DNA of 64,000 bases from Amoebidium appalachense. Its lineage: Eukaryota > Protista > Ichthyosporea. The stretch's first letter is position 1. Every line of letters starts with the position of its first letter. A program made the position numbers and the translations under genes. Below, one piece after another: positions 1 to 12,971 of this stretch. Location of the stretch: the NCBI GenBank assembly GCA_963693365.1, contig CAVNZM010000013.1:1451817-1515816 (forward strand), written 5' to 3'. The notes beneath the pieces were generated by a model. It was not told where the DNA came from. It did no database searches and saw only the letters and a list, made by a program, of their open reading frames with translations.

Positions 1-352
1 ACCTCTTACAGGCGACGAAGACCCCAAGGAATTCCCCGAAATGAAGGAGATCATCGGCAAGCTCGAGGAAGGAAATGCTACCATCGACATTCAGACTTAT
101 GAAAAATACGGGGATTTGATCCGGAGTACCGGTTGGGGTGGCACCACGTACCTTAGGTCCTACCTGTTCAACGGTCTATTTGAAACCGTTCCGGATGAGG
201 CTCTTGATGCCCTCTTTGCCATGGTGGAGGACGAAGGGAGCCCCTTCATCTTCGCTGCCCACCTGTGCATGGGTATGTCCCCTTGCCTCCCGAACAAGCG
301 TCAATACTTACACACACACACACACACACACACACAGAGAGAGAGAGACCTC

Positions 353-402
<50 letters not shown>

Positions 403-746
403 GGGGGGGGGGGGGGAGGGAGACATACATGCACATGTCTGCCCACAGACAACATCCACACTGGCACATACAGACACCACACACACACACACATACATAC
501 ATGCACACAATATGGGTTTATGTCAGCATTTTGCAGCATGGCTTTCAATTGGCTGTGCCTTTTACATCAAATGCACACCAGTATCATCACTATGACTATA
601 GTATACCAGCTTCACTTCACATTCGAAATTATTTCGGTAATGTTTGCGGTCCCTCCCCCCTCCCCCCCCCCACCCCCACCCCCTTTTTGTGGGGGGAGGA
701 GGTGGGGGGGGGGAGGAAACTCAAATAATGGCACACACCAGCTGCA

Positions 747-800
<54 letters not shown>

Positions 801-934
801 ACGCACGCACGCACACACGGTCACGCGCGCACACACACACCACCACTGTCAGTACCACACTAAAACACAGGAAACAAAAAGAAAAATAGTTGGGTGTGTG
901 GGTGGGTGGGTGTGCTTGTCGAATTGCGCGGGGG

Positions 935-970
<36 letters not shown>

Positions 971-1111
971 ACGAAACTCTGCTTCTGTGCCTCTGTCTGC
1001 CTTGAATTTGCTCACTCTTGCCCCCCCCCCCCCCCTTTTTGTGGGGGGAGGAGGAGGAGGGGGGGGGGGGGGGGGGGGAGGAAACTCAAATAATGGCACA
1101 CACCAGCTGCA

Positions 1112-1178
<67 letters not shown>

Positions 1179-1312
1179 CACACACGCACACACGGTCACG
1201 CGGTCACGCGCGCACACACACACCACCACTGTCAGTACCACACTAAAACACAGGAAACAAAAAGAAAAATAGTTGGGTGTGTGGGTGGGTGGGTGTGCTT
1301 GTCGATTTGCGC

Positions 1313-1343
<31 letters not shown>

Positions 1344-1390
1344 CGAAACTCTGCTTCTGTGCCTCTGTCTGCCTTGAATTTGCTCACTCT

Positions 1391-1421
<31 letters not shown>

Positions 1422-1487
1422 TTTTGTGGGGGGAGGAGGAGAGGGGGGGGGGGGAGGAAACTCAAATAATGGCACACACCAGCTGCA

Positions 1488-1541
<54 letters not shown>

Positions 1542-1683
1542 ACACGCACACACACACGCGCACACACGGTCACGCGGTCACGCGCGCACACACACACCAC
1601 CACTGTCAGTACCACACTAAAACACAGGAAACAAAAAGAAAAATAGTTGGGTGTGGGTGGGTGGGTGTGCTTGTCGATTTGCA

Positions 1684-1718
<35 letters not shown>

Positions 1719-1858
1719 ACGAAACTCTGCTTCTGTGCCTCTGTCTGCCTTGAATTTGCTCACTCTTGCCCCCCCCCCCCCCCCCTTTTTGTGGGGGGAG
1801 GAGGAGAGGGGGGGGGGGGGAGGAAACTCAAATAATGGCACACACCAGCTGCATGCCC

Positions 1859-1920
<62 letters not shown>

Positions 1921-2037
1921 CGGTCACGCGGTCACGCGCGCACACACACACCACCACTGTCAGTACCACACTAAAACACAGGAAACAAAAAGAAAAATAG
2001 TTGGGTGTGGGTGGGTGGGTGTGCTTGTCGATTTGCA

Positions 2038-2071
<34 letters not shown>

Positions 2072-2558
2072 ACGAAACTCTGCTTCTGTGCCTCTGTCTG
2101 CCTTGAATTTGCTTACTCTTGCCCCCCCCCCCCCAACCCCCCTCCGCTCATTCCCTCACACCAAAGAGGCATGGCCTTCCCCGCATTCTAACCATCCCCC
2201 AACACACACACACACAGGCAACGGAACGGGCACCACCAAGGTTGCCGGCAACGCCACGGCCGTCCACCCAGACCTCCGCACTCACCCGATTGAACTTCTC
2301 GTTTCTTACAACTGCATCGACCCCGGCGCATGCAACAGGGATATTGGGTATTTCTCCCAGCCGGTGGCGAAAATTACCTCGCTATCCAACTCTGCGTATA
2401 TCAACGAGCTCAGCACTTATGGTATCGAGGGCGCGAACAAGGACTGGGAGAAGAGGCTGTGGGGAGATAACTATCCCCGTCTTCTGAAAATTAAGAAGGA
2501 ATATGATCCGGAGAATTTCTTCACTACCCGCTGCGCCGTGGGCTCCACTTTCTGCTAG
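1..2558 (+). CDS. FAD-linked oxidase, berberine bridge enzyme (BBE)-like, 5'-partial; exons <1..272 and 2218..2558
   Basis: Last exon encodes the BBE C-terminal signature AYINE...DW...LWGDNYPRLLKIKKEYDPENFF. Donor G|gtatgt at 273, CTAAC branch site ~2188, acceptor cacag at 2217; the phase-1 junction is in frame (CMG|NGTG). Confidence 0.85.
681..2130 (+). repeat. Intronic tandem repeat, ~4 units of ~350-385 bp
   Basis: Unique spacers (ggaaactcaaataatggcacacaccagctgcatg; caccactgtcagtaccacactaaaacacagg; tacgaaactctgcttctgtgcctctgtctgccttgaatttgct) recur four times, separated by variable G, C and CA runs. Confidence 0.95.
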
Positions 2559-3764
2559 ATATACATCTCTACATATGTGTGTATATCTACTAGGTATATC
2601 TACTAGGTATATCCCATTTGAATTACTTCGGGGAAGTAGATAGCTTTGACATCAGTATTGTCACAAAAAATGACAGATCATGCCGAGATAACGTAGCTCG
2701 GCAAAATGTGTAGCAAAGAAAAGTCAGAAACGAAAGAATGAAAAAACCAAAATTATAAAGCCTGGAATGTAGTAAAAATACAGTCTGGTGTGTAGTACGT
2801 GTATCGGTTTCTTTGCGGCATGGTTCATGAAAAATTGTTGATATCTCTGGTAGTGAGTGTGATAAAAAACCACGCCTTGTGCAAACATATTTCCCGCTGG
2901 TACGGTGGACAATATAAAGTTGTTGAGTATCGTAATGGTGACTTGCACACACGTCTTTTCTTGCACGAGTTCCTCGATGCACTGAGACCCTATACTGGCA
3001 CATGTTCAAGCCGGTCTCTGTGCCCTCCGTGTGCACTTTGCGCCCGACCGACAATTTCACGTCGATTTTGATTGGTAGCTTTTGATAAGATTGTAACTTA
3101 TGAGGTTAGTGAATGTAAGTAATATGATTGGTCGGAACAGTTTGAAAAGGGCCATGGGATATTCTATGGTCTGATCGCAAGGAGTGTAGATTTTGTTATC
3201 CAAAACGAATCAAATATTTATTGTTTGAAAATTTATGTATTTATAAATTGTGGATCGGAATCCCGGGCCCGGCTGGCCGGGCTTGCATTCTCAGAGCCGC
3301 TAGGAGGCTCAGCGCGGTGGTGACTGACTGTTTCTCCTCCTTTACAAAGAAAGCTACTACGTATCATACGGCGTCGGCATGTTTGCGACTGACGGTTGGG
3401 GGTTTGCGGTGTGCGGCTGACCGCAAGGGTTTAACCCCTTTTCAACATCATCCGTGATGTGCGCTGATTTCTTGTGCAGGACTTTTGGCAGTCCCACACA
3501 GAAAAAGTTTGTAAGCCCCTCGCCCAGGAGCCCCGATCTTACCGACACCACCAATGAATAGCCACGCAAGGGGAATGCGTATTCTGGGGAGCTTTTTGGG
3601 AAGTGTACGGCAAACGAACGTGGCGAGACTGCATTTGATGCCCTGCCCCCCTCCCCCCCCCCCCCCCCTCCCCCCCCTCCCCTCCCCTTCTCTCAACCAA
3701 CATGCACCTCTCTCCCCCCCCCCCCCCCCCTCCCCTTCCCTCGGCCCACATGCACCTCTCCCCC

Positions 3765-3817
<53 letters not shown>

Positions 3818-4214
3818 CCGCGGGCAATAAAGCCTCGGGGTATCCTGTAATAATGTCTGGGAGTCACATGTAAACAAGTCCAATCATCCGTAATTAAGTC
3901 TAGGAGTTACATATAAACAAGTACAATCATCATGGGAACTGGGCAGTTCATTGACAAGGGGGAGGCGTGGAAGGGAGGGAGAGAGGGGGAGGGGGGCCGG
4001 GGGGAGGCGGGCACAAGCATCTCAGGAACTGGGAAGGGGAAGGCCTTGTGGGGGGCAGGTACTTCTGCAAGCAGATCTGCTTGGTTGTGTGTGCTTGTAT
4101 GTGTGCGGTATGGGCCCACGGGTACGGGTGGGGGAGGAGGGAGGTTTGATTTAGCTTGCGCAACACATGTTGCTGCGGTGTCTGTGTGTGTGCCTGTGTG
4201 TGCCTGTGTGTGCG

Positions 4215-4249
<35 letters not shown>

Positions 4250-5205
4250 TTGTGTGAGTGAGTATGTCTGTGTGTGAGTGTGTGAGTGTGTGAGGATGTG
4301 TTTGTGCGTACGCTTGTGTGCGAGTGGGTGAGTTTATGCCACGGTGTATGTGTGTGTGTGTGGGTTGGTGTGTGGGTGTGGGTGTGGGTGGGGTTGTGGG
4401 TGTGTGTGGGTGTGTTGTCTGTGTGTGTCTGTATGTGTGTGCATGTCTGTGTGTGAGTGTATGCGTGAGGATGTGTGTGTGTGTTTTATGTGTATGCTTG
4501 CGTGGGAGTAGTTGTGTTTATGCCACGGTTTATGTGCGTGCATGTGTGTGCTTTCGCGCAGGCGCGTGTGTGTGACTGTGTATCTGACTGTGTCTGTGTC
4601 TGTGTGTGCGTGTGCGTATGTGTATGTGTGTGTGCGTGTGCGTGTGTGCATGTGTGAGTGTGTGTGTGCGCGCACGTGAGTGTGTGTGTGCGTGGGCGTG
4701 GGCACGTGTAGTTTTGGGAAGGAGCAAAGGAGGGTGTGTAAGGGCATCAGGTTCGTGACTTGGTTTCACAACACAGAGACTGAACGGCCATTGTATTTGT
4801 GTAACCCAGCTCGCTGCCAGAGGGTGACCAATATCGAAAATGCCTGTGCATTGTGATGGAGCAGGAGCCCCTGCGCGAAGCGACACTTGACAGTCACTTG
4901 CAATGGTGGCCGTACTGAAATACGTTTTGAGTGCTAACTGCAGAAACCATACTAACATGTGCTATAATATTGTGCAAGTGACCTACTGTACGCGCACCTA
5001 CTATGAGGCTCGGGTTTGTAAAGGTATATATACTCGCGGTTAGAGGGGGGCAACAGATCTTACAACGAGAGATAGCATCAAAACACACAGCCTCTAGCTG
5101 TACACGCACCACTTACAGCTATCACTGAAGAGACTAGGTCAACACCTTAAGCTTTGTATACGTACCTACATGTTTATAATCATTTAAACCCTTATTGCGC
5201 TTCGT

Positions 5206-5255
<50 letters not shown>

Positions 5256-5396
5256 TTCCCCCCAAGTTCCCCCACAGACGGGACCCAGGGTTTTGGCTCG
5301 GACTTAGACCTTCAACGCTTTTTTTTTTTTTTCTTTTTCTTTTTTTTTTTGCCCTCCCAGAAGAGAATGAAAAAAGAGATGTTTCGGGAGCCTCCT

Positions 5397-5605
5397 GCTG
5401 TTTACTCCAGGCACGCAAAGACCAGTTTCAGGTATTTGGGGGGAGGGGGGGGAGGGGGGGTTGTTCGGTATATCCTCTCAGCGTTATATTATTATCAGGT
5501 ACATATATGTATTGGATGACGATTGTACAATATATTGGTTTTTCTTCACTATGAAGTACCGAATTAACTAAAAAGAAAATCATTTTGTTGCGCTCCCCGT
5601 TTTTC
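5397..5605 (-). mobile_element. Old diverged relic of the LINE 3' tail
   Basis: gctgtttactccaggca...ccagtttcaggtat(G)n ttgttcggtatatcctctcagcg...ctccccg(T)n is collinear with the tail of the young copies (12613-12810). Confidence 0.8.
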
Positions 5606-5741
5606 ATTTTTCTTTCTTTCTTTCTTTCTTTTCTTTTCTTTTCTTTTCTTCCCCCACCTCTGGTGATTTTATTATATCACCGTGACAAGACATCAAGAAC
5701 AGCAAAAAAACTGAAAACAAAACAAAAAACAAAAAACAATA

Positions 5742-5775
<34 letters not shown>

Positions 5776-6348
5776 GTGTAAGTACTGAGCAATAATGGCG
5801 TCACGCATAAGATGATTATAATAGCATATAACAAGACAATAGTGAGTGGTATAGGAAGTTTATTGCACATCATACCACCATATCGCTAGTTTTATGAATT
5901 TCGTAGCCTATTACAAGACAATCATTAAGTTAAGCTTTATATGAATATTATCGAATACCACAAGCCGGTGATAAACACATTCATAATGATAAATCACAAG
6001 ACACCGTGTAAATTTAAACCGTTACCAATTATAAGCCTGACAGAAAATAGCATATCACAAGAATTAATATATATTAATGAACTTTCATAGCATGTATATC
6101 ACCAGAGAATATTTTATGTGATAGGGAGTTCATAGCATGTATATTTATAAGACTGAGCGTGACAATACACTGTCGGACTTTTCGGTAATTTTACAGCATA
6201 TCACAAGACTATCCAACATAAACGGAGTGCTACGTATATCGCAAGACAATGAATATTGAACATGATAGGAATTAATTCATGGCATATCATCAGGCAATTC
6301 AAATAGTGGTAAGTCATGATGTCAAGGAATGAGAACATCAATATAGTC

Positions 6349-6400
<52 letters not shown>

Positions 6401-6499
6401 TTATAAAATCAAACATTGCCGCACCAACCTACAACCGTCACTACCGTCATTGGACTCGGTGTCTATAACTAGGATATTATTTTACATCTATATAATTTA

Positions 6500-6551
<52 letters not shown>

Positions 6552-6825
6552 TCCTACCCGTCAGCATCCCTTCGATTTCTCCTCTTCTCCCCTCCCTCCC
6601 TCCAGTCCCACTTTTTCACCCCTCCACGACCAACCAACCATAACTCGCGTTCCCAACCGCCAACACATTTAAATTTTACTATCTTGCGTTGCGAATGATT
6701 AACTCCAGGCCGCAACTTCCTTTTCCTTCCCTCTTGGCCTGGAATATCGATAACACTACCCTACATACCCTACAGTACCATATGCATCTCACTAGAGTCC
6801 TTATGGACCCCCTCACCCTCACCCC

Positions 6826-7263
6826 TCAACAGTACAGCCTCAGAGGGCCAAGACGCAGCCTGACCGGCAGCTGCACTGAAATTTCGCGACCCCGTCCGAC
6901 TCGCCGAGGGGGGTCGGAGGGTGCGGGGGGATGGGTAGGGGGGGACGGACGTTTCCAGCGGTGAATGTTCAGGAAGAGAAGGAATACGGCGTTGTAGACG
7001 ACCAAAAGCATGACCCAAAAAAGGGAAAGGAGGTCCGACGCACAGCCGATGGGGGGCGCGTTGGGTTGCGTACTGCGGAGGGCTGGGAGGGCAAATAGCT
7101 GTGTGTTTGTGTGTGTGTGGGGGGGGGGGGGGGGGGGGGGGGGGGAGGGGGAGGGGGTATGTGTGTAGGTGTGGGTGGGTGGGTGGGTGGGTGGGTGGTG
7201 GGGTGGGTTGGTGTGGTGGATGGGTGGTGGTGATGAGGTGGGTGAGTGGGTGGGTGGGCGGGT

Positions 7264-7294
<31 letters not shown>

Positions 7295-8085
7295 GCAATT
7301 GGTGGTTGTATGGGCGTGTGGGTGGGTGGGTAGGTGCCACACGTGGGTGGGCGGGTGCGATCCGTGGGTGTGTGTGGGTGTGTGTGTGTGGTTGCGTGGG
7401 TGGGACCCTGTGGGTGTGTGGGCCGGGTGGGTGAGTGGGTGGATAGGTAGGGGGCCGGGGGGGGGGGGGGGGTAGGAGGGGGGAGGGGCGGGGAGAGGGG
7501 GAGGAGGACGAGGGAGGGTGGAGGGTACTAAACGACGCGGGTGTGTGTGCAACACAGTGAACAGTACAGGGTCTGAGAGAGGGGGCGGGCGGCCAGGCGG
7601 GCCGCTGGGGGGGGGGGGGGGGGGGGGTTTGAATGCGTCAAAAAGTACGAAGTACACAAGAACAAACGGATAACACGATGCAGAATGCAAGCCATACATA
7701 AAGAGGATGCATAATAAGCAGAGCCCATCCTCAGGGGGGGCCCACGTCATCCACAGTACCCGAGTTTCGACCTATTCCCCTCGTTAACGAAACCCAACTC
7801 AGATACTGTTTCACTTGAACATGAGTAGGTCACCCGTCTTGATCAGAGACGAGCAGGGTTGCTTATGCAGGCAAGGGCAGTGGGAAAGGCCGGGGGTTAA
7901 AGTTGGGGGGACTGCAAGGGGGAAGGGGGGGGGGGGGGGGGGGGAGCGGGAGGAGAGGAAAGGGGGCTACGGTTCACTATTTGCTTCAAGCTTAAGTGGG
8001 GAGCTGTTGTAACGACATAATGACATGTAAGGATGGGTAGCTAGTACTACACACAGTGACTCGCACACATACAAAACACGGGCAA

Positions 8086-8127
<42 letters not shown>

Positions 8128-8136
8128 TGTGTGTGT

Positions 8137-8183
<47 letters not shown>

Positions 8184-9594
8184 GTGACACTGTGTGTTGA
8201 GAGTGTTTTTGGGTGTGAGTGTCAGCACGAGTGAGTGGGAGGTGAGTGACTGAGTGATGTGGGTGGGTGTGTGTGTGTGTGTGTGGGTGTGTGTGTGTGT
8301 GTGTGTGTCTGTGTCTGTGTGTGCCTGTTTGTGCCTGTTTGTGTGTGTGTGTGCAGCATAATAATATGTACGTGTGGGTACATGTATGTGTTTTGTTTTC
8401 GCATCCCGAGTCTTTCTTCCGAGTGTTTCACAAGTTGTTCTTGTCCTTTTCTTAAACGAGAAATGGGTACGGACTGGAGGAGGGGGAGAGAAAGGGATGG
8501 AGACCTTTCTAGTGGAGGCACAGAGGTAAGGGAGAGGGGGGGGGACGGTGGTGGTGGTGGTGGTGGGGGGGGGGGGGGGGAGGGGGTATTCTTTGTCCCT
8601 CTTTTTTTTGGTTGGTTGGTTGGTGCGGAGAGGAGGAGGAGGGAGGGGGGGGGGGGGAGGGGGGGAGGCTTACTGCAGTGATATTGGCGATAATCATAGG
8701 CAACTCGATAGGCCTGTTCCGCAGCCAGGCATCAAAAGTCAAAACAGACAGAGCAATACCTATACCCCAGGTAATCAGCATGATTGCGATTGAAAATCCG
8801 AGGGTGGTTGCTGTGCGATCAACAGTTACGGTGAGTGTGTACGCCAGCCGGGGCTCTGTCTGTTGTTGCATGGCGCTCGAGCTCTCGTTTAAGGTACCGT
8901 TTGCATAGCGCGGTTTGGTATCAAATACAAACTTGGTCTCGATGTTAAAAGCAGACGTGTCAGAGGTGACCTGCACGCCGTATTTTGCAATGTGCCAGGG
9001 GTCATCTGCTCTTGCGCTTGCTTCGCGCCAATACGGACAGATAATGAGGTCTTTTTCATACGTGTCAAAGGGATACCTGTTTATGTCTCCCAAGTCGAAC
9101 GAATGTGTTACCTCTTTGGGTTGTATCTGAACGTCCTGACCCGAACCGTTAAAGATCCATGTCTGGTCCGATAGTTCCACGGCAACGGTTTTGTTTCTGC
9201 GAAGGTAGGTGGAAGGACCGGCCATTTCGCTTAAAGGATCACCGTTGAACACCATCACGTACCTGACTTTAAGCTCGTTCTTGGTCATATCCAACTTCAG
9301 AAGTCTGGCCTGCACAAATATCTCGTAGTCGTCTAACGTGACCGGGCCCTCCTTAACACCATCAACGTATTTCTCACCGTCTTTGTACTGCAAAAACGTC
9401 GAATTTGGGCCGACTTCTCCCGAAAAACCCGCGTGTTCTGCGTTGTATTTTGCGGTGCTGTTAACCCACGCTGCATACACAGAAAATGTGATCCCCAGCA
9501 TCAACAAAAACAGAAAGCAGCCATGCAGTATCCGTAGGATATTGTCTCGCTTGCGCAGGGGCAAGGTATGGAACTTTTGAGAATTGATTCTCAT
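6826..9594 (-). CDS. DUF4436-like multi-pass membrane protein, paralog A (~397 aa); exons 9594..8674 and 7098..6826
   Basis: N-terminal hydrophobic helix, NRYPFDTY, then LFALPALRSTQPNAPPIGCASD, typical of DUF4436. Donor GCA|gtaagc, acceptor cacag|CTA, phase 0, open to the stop at 6826. Start codon inferred. Confidence 0.8.
7630..7875 (-). repeat. Dispersed intronic repeat, copy 1
   Basis: Reverse complement aligns with 38548-38675 and 38800-39065 (aaccctgctcgtctctgat, ttcaagtgaa, tctgagttgg, gaaactcgggtactgt, aggatgggctctgctta, cttcgtact). Confidence 0.75.
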
Positions 9595-10655
9595 TCTCGC
9601 CAACAAAACTTCAAGGTAGGGAACCGGGGGTAGACATGTACACCTACACTACTAAGGTTGCCCAAGTGGTACCGTGCCTAAGCTTGAGCTCAAACAAGGA
9701 ACTTATTGTTGGTGTACAGTGTATAATAAGTAACACCGCAAATACCGCTCCCCTATAAATAAATCCTGAAGAAAACTCACCGTGAACCAAGTCAGTAGTG
9801 TGGCGACTAGTTATAAGGTGTTTTTCTATTCAGGATTGTGATCGTGCACGTGAATCTGGACCTTGCAATACATGTGACTACATAGTTCAGCTTACGGTAC
9901 GCAACATGCTTTCCCCCTTTGATTACTTACCCGTTTACAGAAAAATATGGTGTCTTTAAAACACCTGCATCTACAGTAACTACTTTACACTACACAATAA
10001 TGATTCCACTCGCCCGTGGCATACAGTAGTTACGTACTGGTGGTAGGGCGTGTGGACACGTGTGGGCCGTTGCTTGTGTTGGAAATTTTCAAAGACATTC
10101 CATCTCTCAGATTTTTCTATTCTATTGGCCAATCTTTATCCTTCCATTAAAAACATATTGTTTCTATTGGCTTAACCAAATTAATCTATTGCTCTCACAA
10201 ATTCCGTAGTGGGCATCGATGATACGAGCCTCGAGGAAACCTTCATGATGATTAATGTGCCTTCCACTGTTGTTTTTTTTATCACACGAATGAGGCCTTT
10301 TAGTCACATGAATGAGGTCTTTTCTCACGGGAAATCCGCCATTTTGCTGGTTGGTGAACCCTCGAACAGAATATTCATGCAGTGAACAGAATGGCACAGT
10401 CAGTCGGGATAGGGGCATGCACTTCGAGTCTTGGGGGATATGCGTGGTGCGTGTCAAGCCAATCACAGCTTAGCGGCTGAGGACGCTCGTGATTGGTCAA
10501 ATTGAATGTAAACAAGGAAATGGAGGAGGGAGAGGGGGGGGGGGGGGGGGGGGGGGGGAGGGGGGGGGGGGGGGAGACGGCGGGTGGGTGGGTAGGGGGG
10601 GGGGGGGGGGAAGCCAAAGAGACAACGGACACAAAGATAGAGAGACAGAGAAGGG

Positions 10656-10707
<52 letters not shown>

Positions 10708-10734
10708 CCGGGAGAGGGGGGGGGGGGGGGGAGG

Positions 10735-10822
<88 letters not shown>

Positions 10823-11783
10823 ACAGGACAAGCGAATGAATACCTCGAGTCTCGAAACTGCACGACGAGGGCGGTTAAACTCGTGTGACGGGCCCATAGC
10901 AAAACGCTGCATATATGTCTGTCTTAATCATCAGTGATACGGAAATAAATAGCCGCGGGTCTGCAAAGCACGTTTTTTTTTTTAAAGGCATACACATAAC
11001 CTTCTTCAACTTGTGAAGCCTCGTGCGTGCCGTGCAGGCTTATGATTCTTTCAAATTTCTTCAATAATAAACTCCGCAAGCAATAGTGGTACAACTCATC
11101 ATGGCAAGCACTGCTGATCTGAGCCTCATGCATTTGGCATCCTATAGACTGTGACACCTTAGTGGAACCAACCAACTATTAATTAATAATTTCCTCCTCG
11201 GCCCCATCCACTTCTTGTATACACACTAAGTGGCCTTTACGGACGTACATATCTCCAGATGGCGGACTTACTACACTGCCACGACACGGCATCATCAAAA
11301 AATTCTTTTTAAGGAAAAGGCATTCTCTAGTTTACAAGTTGAATGGGATAAGTTAGCTGGTTGGAAAGAGGTGCAGTCCTAGGCTACCTACTCTCATATA
11401 TGTCACAATAATATCGTTGCTCCCCCCTCCGAATTAAATTTGTATCCAATGTAACCATGGCTTCCGCCATATCATTTACTAATGATGATGATCTACGTCC
11501 AGGCTGCCTATGTGTGACGTGGGCCGATCACGAGCGGCTGATTCAGCGGCCTTTGCACTCAATTCCACACTTGTCTCAAGGGAGGGTGCGGGGGGTGGGG
11601 TAGGCGGGGAAGGACGGTTCCACCGGTGGATGTTGAGGAAAAGAAGAAATACGGCGTTGTGGACAACCAAAAGCATGACCCAAAAAAAGGGAAAGGAGGT
11701 CCGACGCACAGCCCATGGGCGGCGCGTTGGGTTGCGTGTTGCGGAGGGCTGGGAGGGCAAAGAGCTGTTTGTGCGGGGTGTGT

Positions 11784-11814
<31 letters not shown>

Positions 11815-11848
11815 GGGGGGGGATGTGGGGGTGTTTGTGTGTGCGTGA

Positions 11849-12027
<179 letters not shown>

Positions 12028-12292
12028 GCGTGGTTGAAAGGTGGGCTGCCAGCCCAGTGTTGCCGTATGCGATTGGGTAATGTTTGAGGAGAAGGAGGTT
12101 GATTTGCAAAGGGAAGGGATGGGACGAGTGGGTTGGTGGGCGGTAGGGGCTGAGGATTTAAAAGGGGAGAAAGGGAGGAAGAAGGGGAGAGGGTTAGTGT
12201 TTCTTGTACTACAAAAAGTAGCAGTAATACAACTCTCACACACAGAAAGCCTTGTGGCACACTCTGATATAAATATACACACACACCGTCAC

Positions 12293-12412
<120 letters not shown>

Positions 12413-12807
12413 AATATCAACTTTCCATCAAAAGGAATCATGGGAGAGTCAATAAACAATTTCAAAGAAGTTGAGCATCTCTCCGAGGAAAGAATTAAAG
12501 TAACATAAGCTATGGTGAAACACTGAAATAACTCGTGCGTGCGGAGGGGGGCGGGAGGGTGAGAAGGGAGGGCATGTAAACAACTGTACACATGAACTGT
12601 ACATGTTTACTAGGGGTTTACGCTGTTTACTCGAGGCAAAGAGAACCAGTCTCAGGTATGGGGGGGGGGGGTTTGCTCGGAATATCCCCTCAGCGGTATA
12701 TCATGATCACGTACATAGATGTCGGGTGGTGACTATATATCAGGGTTTACTTTCTCTACGAGACACCATAAAGACTACAAGGAGAAATCAATTAGTTGGG
12801 GTTCCCC

Positions 12808-12860
<53 letters not shown>

Positions 12861-12892
12861 GGGCTCCCCTCGGGACACTCGGTATCAGCTGG

Positions 12893-12949
<57 letters not shown>

Positions 12950-12971
12950 TGTGTGTGTGTGTGCGCGTGCG

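Noticed and set aside
12613-12755. TAAACCC words in the LINE tail resembling a plant-type telomere repeat or telomerase template
   Set aside because: Only isolated 7-8 nt matches; no telomeric arrays at any insertion site.
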